Shown: piece after piece, positions 54,278 to 64,000 of the stretch
Layout: each line of letters begins with the position of its first letter
Numbering within the stretch: position 1 is the stretch's first letter
NCBI RefSeq assembly: GCF_006345805.1
Contig: NC_042998.1
Span: 92,070,001-92,134,000, forward strand
Direction: 5' to 3'
DNA: 64,000 nt
Source of the DNA: Octopus sinensis
Lineage: Eukaryota
Program-made: the position numbers and the translations under genes
The notes under the pieces: model-generated
What the model was told of the DNA's origin: nothing
The model's database searches: none
What the model saw: the letters and a program-made list of their open reading frames with translations, nothing else

Positions 54278-54686
54278 CAGGGACGTGCTGCCTGGGCAGG
54301 CAAGGTAGGCAGTGCCTACCCTGAATAAAACAGATCGATAGTAACATTTTCCTTTTATGGCAAAATATGCATATAATTCAATAAAACTATGGAGGTTACT
54401 GTCATTACTATGCATAAAATGCAAAATATATATTTTTTTTTGTAGATTAGGTAGGTATAATTTGCCCCTGCCTTTCAATCTCAGTATTAAAGCTACACAT
54501 TATATTGGTGTAGTATATGTGCTGAGTACATTCCTACAACAACGTTTTCTTTATGTAGTATAAAGGCAGAAGCAAATCTGCCTCCAACTCAGTCACATGC
54601 CTGTGTTTCGCTTATTTTTTTTTGTGTTTTACTACATAAACATTACCAACTGCCTACCCTGGGTAATTACTAATGCCACGTGCCTG
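54278..54686. mobile_element. hAT MITE (409 bp) with intact 8-bp TSD
   Basis: TIRs CAGGGACGTG and (rc) CAGGCACGTG; TSD TATTGAGT at 54270-54277 and 54687-54694; subterminal TGCCTACCCTG repeats. Confidence 0.92.
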
Positions 54687-55398
54687 TATTGAGTACATTT
54701 TATTGGGGTACCAATACATGATATCTTGTATCATTGCTAAAGCGAAAAGACTTTCTCAACCTTGCATTGTAACAATAAATACAATTTTCATGCTTAAACT
54801 CAATGTGACAGTCAACTACTTTATTTTCAATTTCACTTTCCCTATTTTCATCTAAGGAGACGCAGTATCTGAGCAGGTAAGTCATTGACTTCTTGAATGA
54901 TGGCTTAAGAATATGTTTCCCTCCTCAACAAGGTACTGGACACTGCTGACTTTGCTCTAGTAGCAATGCAGCTAAGGCAATGAAACTTGCCGCAAAGTAA
55001 AACAAATTTGAAATTAATGTGCAGTCTGGTGATTTAGAGAACGAGAATTTAATTTACTCTTTTGAAATTGAGTAAATGATGTGTTGCCTTGTGGGTAGGA
55101 AATTGAAGTAGAAGGTATGTACAAAATACTGAATGTATCTGAATAGAGAAACTATAAATAGAAGTTTCATTGGGAAATCAATGCTTTTTAAGTAATGTGA
55201 GAAAACAAACAAAGTAAAAAAAAACAACCCAAAAACAAAGGTTTCAATTTATTTCACAGTTTAGTTAGTTTAGTTAGTTCAAATGAAAGTAGTAACAGTA
55301 AGGAAAACATTTTCTAAATGATCAAGCAATTTGATGAGCTCCCTTAGCTTTGAAAAAATATTTGCTACGTTTACTCAATGACAAATATAAAAGACAAA

Positions 55399-55441
<43 letters not shown>

Positions 55442-55816
55442 GGAAATGTAAAAGAAGAGATGGTGATACAATATCTATATCAGTGTGGAGTGTGTGTGTG
55501 TGCATTTTATATGTGTACAATTATTTTAATACTGCCACATAAGTTCCAAAGGCCAAAGAATCCAAACAAAGGAATAGATTTAATACACCACACACACAAA
55601 GATGTATGCAAAGAGGCAAGAACATATAAACATTACGAATTAAAACACAAACACATTAATAAAACCGATAAATAAAATATAATATATGCATATATACGTG
55701 TGTATGATATATATATGTATATATATATATATTATATATATATATATATATATGTACATACACACGTTTATGTGTATGTGTGTATATATATGTGTGTACA
55801 TACAATTATGTATGTG

Positions 55817-55877
<61 letters not shown>

Positions 55878-55919
55878 CATACTTGGAAATGGATGTGTGG
55901 CTTTCAATCATTTAATAAT

Positions 55920-56810
55920 ATAAATATAATACATACATACATAAATATACACATACATACATATATGTATATATACAAGCATATATGGGTACAGGATGTC
56001 ACAAAATGTTAACAACATGAAATACAAAAGCAACATAAAATACGAAATACGAAAACAATATGAAATATGAAGATGAACTTTAGTATGCGAACAATGAGAG
56101 AAACAAATGGAAAACAATACAAGTAACAAATGGAAAACAATACAAAAACGACCCTTCATCAGTTGCCGGCTGTCCATCTACTCATTTCGAGCAATTATCA
56201 ACAATGAGGCTTCAAAAAGGCAGTTGCTCCTGCGAACCAAATTAAAATTTAGGATTTGCAGAGGGTCAAAGTTGGTAACAAAAACAGGACAATGGAGACA
56301 TACAACAAACCAAAAGAAAACAAACATGGAAGCCCATTAGGCCAGACAAGGTAAGGTAGCGAATGCTGGAGGAATGGAATATTGTCTTTGACAAGAGAAA
56401 AGATGGAAGAGGAGACAGATAAGAATGCATCTGATCTATAAGACAGACTGAAAGAAAAGAAAGATGATCACATGAGGAAAATAAAGATGGACGATGGTCA
56501 CGTGTGAGCAACGAGAGAGAGTAAAGGAGAAAGAGGGAGGGAGAGAGAGTAAGAGACTGATAGAAAATGGTGAAGGGGAGAAAAAAGAATTAGAGAGAGG
56601 ATGAGAGAGAGAACAGTTCAAGGTCTCTCCCCTTTTCGTTTTCTTTCTTTTCCTTTCTCTAATTCTTTTTCTCCCCTTCACCATTTTCTATCGGTCTCTC
56701 CCTCTCCCTCTCTCCCTCTTTCTCCTTTACTCTCTCTTGTTGCTCTCACGTGACCATCGTCCATCTTTCTTTTCCTCATTTGATCATCTTTCTTTTCTTT
56801 CAGTCTATCT
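55920..56810 (-). mobile_element. Non-coding Penelope-like terminal remnant ending in a ~160-bp inverted duplication
   Basis: Shares ATATGGGTACAGGA and the CCCTTCWTC.GTTG..CATCTACTC..TCGA block with 31620-31790; 56441-56598 is inverted at ~56652-56810. Class assignment is inference. Confidence 0.5.
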
Positions 56811-57794
56811 TTGTATTGGTTCAAGTTGGTAGACTTTTCCTTAGAGAAATGACAGTACAGTGGACAGAGGAGACTTGCATACATGGTTAAGTCTTTCCTT
56901 CTTTCACTTGTTTCAGTCATTGGACTGCAACCATGTTGAGGAACCACTTTGAAAAGCTTTTAGTTGAAAAAATTTGACACCAGTACTTATGTTTTTCTAA
57001 ATCTGGTACTTATTCTATCAGTCTCACTTGCTGAACCACTAAGTTATTGGGATGTCAATAAATAAACTCCAGTTGTTGAGTAGTGGGTAGGGTGGGAACA
57101 AGCACACACACACACACACACACACTCATTGCCACACTTATACACACATGCATGTGTGCACGTGAATACACACATGCACACACACAACACATAATTGCAG
57201 AGCTAGTTTGTTACCACACTGCCATGCCTGTACCTTTGTCAGTTTTTCTCAAAAGAATCTTGCTTAGTCTTACATATGTATGTGCAAATGTATGTTTAGT
57301 ACTAAGCATCAAAGGTCCTATACTTTTCAAAAACACCTTTAAATCCAAACAAATAAATAACTAAACCTTACGCACACATGCACACACACATGCACTTATA
57401 CTCACATACATACACAAACACATATACCAACACTAATAAGCCTTGAAACAAAATCCCTTGCATACACGCAAAAACACATGCTCAAGCACACCTACACATA
57501 TAGAAAGTCCACAAGAATAAAAATACATAAGAAATGACAAATTTATACAAAACAAACTACTACATATTTAATAGTTATATCACATATATTATATAATACA
57601 TATCTTGAGAAACTTAAATCTTTATTTAAATCTTTATGTGATCCACCATATTAACTTTCCCACATGTAATTTCAAAAAAATTCATAAGTAGTTTAACATA
57701 CACATGCAACTAAAACAATCACACGAACATATACACATATTCACAAGAATATATATGTGTGAACAAATTCATAGCCAAATAAATATGAAAGTGT

Positions 57795-57862
<68 letters not shown>

Positions 57863-58379
57863 CACATGCACACACAGAGTTAAAGACCAAACGAAAACCA
57901 AACCCAGTTGTAACCTCCTGTAACATTTTTCACTGTTATCTCAGGCTTTATAAATTCACAAGAAACACCCTCATGGTTTCCATTACTCGTATGGATCAGA
58001 TCCTGAACTCCAACCTAGTCACTTCATGTAAGCACAAAATCTTAAAACCACTAAAACACTTCAAAACCCCTGTAATATTAGCCCCACTTTAGTATATATC
58101 TAGAACAGAATTTGAAAAAATTTTATAAACAAATACCAAACAAACTCTGCCTCCACAAAACAGGAAGGTTAAGTGCAAAAGATATTAATCAATTTGCTTA
58201 TAGAACAATGAACACCTAGACAGAAACATATAAACATACAACCTTTACTCAAATACTTTTTGGAACATCAAGGTACAAGAGAAACAATTTTCTAGTCTAA
58301 CAAAGCCTTGGCATGCCTGACTAATAACCTGGCCATAAAGCAGTTGATACTGCTATTTCTTACAGGGTTCAGCCTATAG

Positions 58380-59590
58380 GAAGCTGAAATTTGCTTCATT
58401 AGTAATCAAAGTGTAACTAGGAATTCAATCTTGATTATGTTATTACCTGCTGAAGTCCATCAACATAAAAGCACTATTATTGCAGTTGTTACTTCAAGTA
58501 TTACCACCACACTTCTTTCAAGGAAGTGTACAACAAAATCTGCTTTTCAAGTGACTTGCATGTATTTATAAATGATGCATTTGTTGCAGTTATACCAAGA
58601 ATTTGGGAACGGGATAAGTTCTTGAGATGTCAACTATATTAAGTGATGAAAGTACAATGACACACAAGTAAACTTTGGAAGCCCGGAATGGGACATTGTG
58701 GGACTTGTATGATAGTGGATCTCAAATAGAAGAAAGAGCTGTGGTAAAAAAAAGCTGATGAAACATCTAATTGCTCAATATCATCAATGCTTTGAACCAA
58801 AGTTAAAATCATCAAACTGTCTACAAAAATTACATCAAGTCTTTTGAAAATGCGCTCTCTTGATATTTTGCTAAAAATTTGGTACAAGTTGGAGAGGAAA
58901 GAATTCTTTTTGACCATAATTGTGTTATGGACCAGCTCTTATAAACACAGTAATTAAGACAGAAATTGAATTTGTATCAAAGGTGTTCCTCGAATTGCAA
59001 CAACATAATTAATGCACAGTTTGATGAGCAGATAAAGGAAAATCCTTTATGTAACATCAACTGGCAGTTGTGGTAGGCACATCCAGAGAATAGTCACAGC
59101 TACAGCTTAATAGACAACGTTGTGGATCAGGAAGAAATGTTTTAAAATTAATTTGAACCTTCTGGTTTACTACCATACAAGCAGCAGCTTAAAAAAAGGA
59201 CCCTTGATAAAGTTGCTCTGTAATTTGGAACAGTGCAACATTGCAAGGGTACAAGGCAAATGATTAAGATTCTCATACCATATGTTATTAAAACCACTAT
59301 TCTTACCAGGTGCACCAAAAGAGAAAATGCAAGTGTACCCAGAATTTCATTCATACCAGTTAATGTGCCCTTTTGAATTAGAAAATTTGGGGTTCCTGAA
59401 CATCTAAACTTTGTGTCAAGCAATAAATCAAAAGGCAACATTAACAGTTGTTGAACTAGTTCTTGAGGAATCCAACTTTGCTAATAGCTAGTTTAATCTT
59501 GGATACCTAAGAGCTGCAATGTCCCATAATCTGTTTATTTATGCACTTGTTCGTAAAACCAAAAACGTGTTTCCTGGGGGTACTGACATG
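58380..59590 (+). pseudogene. Second Helitron PIF1-helicase relic
   Basis: IIAVVTSSITTTLLS (ASSGIAATLL-like), PSGLLPYKQQLKK, CKGTRQMIK, VPRISFIPVNVPF, NKSKG, KTKNVF. Confidence 0.82.
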
Positions 59591-59869
59591 ACAGTGTTAA
59601 GGATTCTCAGAGCAATATTGAATACAGATATAATATCATATAAGTGAGGATTTATTGTCAATCTTAGTATAATTGCTTTATTTCAGTATGTATTGCAATT
59701 TAATTAGTTGAATGTTTGGGTTTCCTCCAGGTACATCAGTTTCCGAACTTTATAAGAATGGTTTTATTTCCATAAGTGGTTTACTTTTCAGCACCTCAAT
59801 ATGTGTGTGTGTGTGTGTGTGCATATATATATATATATGTATCGTGATCATATTTATATATATATATAT

Positions 59870-62098
59870 CATCATCATCATTTAGCGTCCGTTTTCCATG
59901 CTAGCATGGGTTGGACGGTTCTACTGGGGTCTGTGAAGCCAGGGGGCTTCATCAGGCCCAGTCAAATCTGGCAGTGTTTCTACGGCTGGATGCCCTTCCT
60001 AACGCCAACCACTCCGTGAGTGTAGTGGGTGCTTTTTACGTGCCACCCGCACTGGTGCCAGACAGAGCTGGCAAACGGCCACGAACGGATGGTGCTTTTT
60101 ATGTGCCACCGGCACGAGGGCCAGGCGAGGCTGGCAACGGACACGAAACGGGGCAGTGCTGGCAACGGTCGCGAAACGGAAAGTTCTCTTACATGCCACC
60201 GGCACTGGTAACACATCTGCAATTTCCATTGATCGATTTCCATTGATCGATTTTGATTCTGATCCTCACTTGCCTCAATGGGTCTTCACAAGCAGAGTTT
60301 CGACATGCCACCGGCACTGGTAGCACATCCGCAATTTCCATTGATCGATTTCGATTCTGATCCTCACTTGCCTCAACACGTCTTCACAAGTAGAGTTTTG
60401 TGTCCCAAGAAGGGAAGGTATGCATACGTAGGCTGGCTCCATCCCATGTAGAAGGCCACGGGTTGTGGACTCACTTGTCCTGCCGGGTCTTCTCGCGCAC
60501 AGCACACTTCCAGAGGTCTCGGTCTCTAGTCATTTCCTCAGTGAGACCTAAAGTTCGAAGGTCGTGCTTCACCACCTCGTCCCAGGTTTTCCTGGGTCTG
60601 CCTCTTCCACAGGTTCCCTCAACCGCTAGGGTGTGGCACTTTTTCACACAACTATCTTCATCCATTCTCGCCACATGACCATACCAGCGCAAACGTCTCT
60701 CTTGCACACCACAACTGATGCTTCTTAGGTCCAGCTTTTCTCTCAAGGTACTTACACTCTGCCGAGTGTGAGTACCGGCATTACACATCCATCGGAGCAT
60801 ACTGGCTTCATTTCTAGCGAGCTTACGCATATCCTCAGCAGTCACAGCCCATGTTTCACTGCCATGTAGCATGGCTGTTCGTACACACGCATCATACAGT
60901 CTGCCTTTCACTCTGTGCGAGAGGCCTTTTGTCACCAGCAGAGGTAAGAGCTCTCTGAACTTTGCCCAAGCTATTCTTACTCTAGCAGTTACACTTTCAG
61001 CACACCCGCCCCCGCTGCTGACTTGGTCACCTAGGTAACGGAAACTATCAACTATTTCTAGTTTTTCTCCCTGGAAAGTGACGGAAGTTGGTCTCAGAGC
61101 ATTTTCAGTGTTTATTGTTCCTGAGCATCTGCCCATACAAAAACCATCTTCCTAGTTAGCCTTCCTTTGACATTGCTGCATCTCTTATGTGTCCATAGCT
61201 TACACTTGGTGCATCTTATAGAGTTTCTACTACTACACCTTTTCTACAGATCGAGCAGGGCCATCTACCTGAAGGTGTTTGTGATTTGTCTACCTTCCTA
61301 CTGATTACGACTTTGGTTTTAGCTAGATTGACTCTGAGGCCCTTCAATTCTAATCCTTGTTTCCACACCTGAAACTTCTCCTCCAGTTCTGATAGCGACT
61401 CAGCAATTAGAGCAAGGTCATCAGCATAGAGGAGCTCCCAAGGGCATCCTGTCTTGAATTCCTCCGTTATTGCCTGGAGGACTATGATAAATAGGAGGGG
61501 GCTGAGTACTGAGCCTTGGTGGACTCCTACCTCTACCCGGAATTCTTCACTGTACTCATTTCCAACCCTCACCCTACTAGCGGCGTCCCTATACATGGCC
61601 CGCACAGCTCTCACTAACCATTCATCTATCCCTAGTTTTCTCATTGCCCACCAGATAAGGGATCGGGGGGGACCCTGTCGAAGGCTTTCTCCATGTCAAC
61701 AAAAGCCAGGTACAGGGGCTTATCTTTGGCTAGGTATTTCTCCTGCAGCTGCCTTACCAGGAATATAGCATCAGTAGTACTTTTCCCTGGCACAAACCCA
61801 AACTGCGTCTCATCTAAACTAACTCTCTCTCTAATTAGTTGGGCTATGACCCTCTACGTAACCTTCATCACCTGGTCCAACAGCTTGATACCTCTGTAGT
61901 TATTTGTATCTAGGGCATCACCTTTACCTTTGTAGCAGTTGACTATTATACTGCTACACCAGTCATTGGGTATGACCCCTTTGTGCATCACCTGATTAAC
62001 TATATGGGTGACTAGGCTATAGCCGACACTACCAGACATTTTGAGCATCTCTGCAGTGATTCCTGATGGGCCTGGGGATTTCCCTGTCTTCATGCTTC
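59870..62098 (-). mobile_element. 5'-truncated RTE LINE with nearly complete RT (a few frameshifts) and 3' UTR
   Basis: ORFs 61854-62093 (GKSPGPSGI, NYRGIKLL), QFGFVPGKSTTDAIF, 61216-61644 (GVHQGSVLSPLLF, LYADDL) and 60471-61136 (FRYLG, GSETW, RLRWYGHV); (GAT)n tail at ~59870. Confidence 0.96.
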
Positions 62099-62123
62099 TA
62101 ATATATATATATATATATATATA

Positions 62124-62394
62124 TAAATGTAATATGTGACAATTATTCAGTAGCCATAATAAAACTCTGAGTTTCGGATGTTGGGATGGAAATCCACGCT
62201 GCCATCTCTTCAGTTATCTGGCCATCGGAAAAAATGCTATGAAAATGACTGTTACCCTGTGTTTAAAGGTCATTTTCATAGCATTTTTTCTGATGGCTGG
62301 ATAAATGAAGAGATGGTGGCGTGGATTTCCGCCCCGATATCCGAAACTCAGAGTTTTATTATGGCTACTGAATAACTGTCACATATTACATTTA
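62124..62394. mobile_element. ~270-bp hairpin element (126-bp arms, 19-nt loop) next to (TA)n, hammerhead motif in each arm
   Basis: 62124-62249 is the imperfect reverse complement of 62269-62394. Confidence 0.85.
62153..62222 (-). ncRNA. Candidate type I hammerhead ribozyme
   Basis: Minus strand GCCA-G-ATAA / CTGAAGA / GATG..CATC(C) / GAAA / CTCAGAG / TT^ / TTAT-TA-TGGC. The plus-strand copy at ~62296-62365 has ATGAAGA (core C3 mutated). Confidence 0.6.
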
Positions 62395-62425
62395 CAGGTA
62401 AATTCCTCTATTTACATAATTGCGA

Positions 62426-62821
62426 ATACGCAAAGGTTGATAGACGAGAGAGCGAGGACTTAGACGGGCAAAATAAATAAAGGGACGGTGGAGAAATGGA
62501 AGTAGATAAAATAGATAGATAGATAAAAACATGTTTTGAGTGTAGTATGATTGGTTGAGAAGTGAAAATAAGTTTTCAATTTATCTGTACTCAGGATATA
62601 GCTGCTAGGTGAATGAGATAGAGCACGTGTGGGGTTGCCTTTTAAGTAAAGTTGACCGGAAGGGGAATTTTTAGACAAGGCGGAAGTGTACTAAAGAAAC
62701 AAACTTCAAGATGGTGAAGGTTGATAGACGAGAGAGCGAGGATTTGGACGGGCAAAATTAATAAAGGAATACGCAAAGGTTGATAGACGAGAGAGCGAGG
62801 ACTTAGACGGGCAAAATAAAT
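62426..62821 (+). repeat. Three copies of a ~45-55-bp direct repeat
   Basis: AAGGTTGATAGACGAGAGAGCGAGGAYTTRGACGGGCAAAAT at ~62432, 62717 and 62776. Confidence 0.85.
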
Positions 62822-63700
62822 ATATATATATATATATATCATCATCATCATCATCGTTTAGCATCCGCTTTCCATGCTAGCATGGGTTGGACGGTGCAAC
62901 TGGGGTCTGGGAAGCCAGAAGGCTGCACCAGGCCCTGTCTGATCTGGCAATGTTTCTACGGCTGGATGCCCTTCCTAACGCCAACCACTCCATGAGTGTA
63001 GTGGGTGCTTTTTACGTGCCACCAGCTCAGAGGCTACGGATTAATAAATGCATTTTGTCAAAAATTGGTGCACAATATAAGGAAAACAACCAATACCATA
63101 GTTCTTCAGTGATTGTTAACCTTTACACTCTTAATTAACCCTTTTGCTTTTGTATTGTTTCATATCAGATGAAATCTCATTTGAAATGTCATTTGTACTC
63201 AAACTGACACAATGGATGAGCTGCCAGTATTATTCAAACCACAACTGGATAATTGCAAATACATGCGCATGAAACCATTGTAATCATATTACCAGTAGTC
63301 GACTGTTTAAAGAAATTATCCATTCACCAATGAAGTGTTAATCACTTACTATCTAGTTTGTATGTGTGATTATATATATACATACAAACATGCACACATA
63401 TATGTATGCATATGCATATGCATATATGCATGTGTGTGTGTATGTGTGTGCGTCTACATACTACCAGAGAACAGTAATTCCCATCATATTGTATGGCAGA
63501 TGACAAATCACTGCAGTATTGACAAAAGAATATAAAAGGTGTGTGTGTGTGTGTGTGTATGTGTGTGCATGTGTGTGTGTGTGTTGCGCACGTGTGTGTG
63601 TGTGTCTGTGTGCATACAATAAAGAAGAATGCTTTTTAAAGACAATGGAATGATATGTAGATTGAGCTGAGAGGAAATAAATAAATAAATAAATAAATAA

Positions 63701-63731
<31 letters not shown>

Positions 63732-64000
63732 ATAGAAGTATCAAACTTCTGTTCAATAGAGAATTTCTATTCAGAGTAATAGCAAAACATAACTATAAAT
63801 TATTTAATTCAATCACACTTATTTTATTCGATTACAACTTATAATTACAATATTTTAATAATAATTATTATTAATGTTTTTTTTATTAATTGACAAGGAA
63901 CATGAAATAATCCAAATTAGAAAGTACAATGGACTGAAATCAATATGAAATACCTGTACTAGAATCAATTATTATATTATTTATGATATAATATTCTTTC

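Noticed and set aside
63136-63341. Possible further TTAA-bounded MITE
   Set aside because: The left end matches TTAACCCTTT, but the right end is weak and the interior does not match the other copies.

Overview
AT-rich, microsatellite-dense eukaryotic DNA. It is very likely from an octopus or other coleoid cephalopod, inferred only from the SINE and LINE-tail repertoire and the (TA)n/(CA)n density. No intact host protein-coding gene is visible, and most ORF-track entries are microsatellite or antisense artefacts. The window is a layered transposon graveyard: RTE LINEs and many orphan RTE 3' tails, two tRNA-derived SINE families, four mariners, a full-length Tigger/pogo, a Gypsy LTR element with LTRs, PBS, PPT and TSD, a hAT transposase relic plus hAT and piggyBac-type MITEs, two Helitron RepHel relics, a non-autonomous Helitron and CR1-type LINE relics. 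The most interesting signal is non-coding. Several islands embedded in (TA)n tracts carry type I hammerhead ribozyme motifs and fold-back architecture. The best case (7779-8720) is a 534-bp-period partial tandem with an apparently intact hammerhead in each copy and a 33-bp inverted tail, i.e. a Penelope-pLTR or retrozyme-like unit that could release a ~534-nt self-cleaved RNA. A second family (62124-62394) is a ~270-bp hairpin with a hammerhead in each arm. All calls were made by eye; coordinates of decayed elements are approximate.
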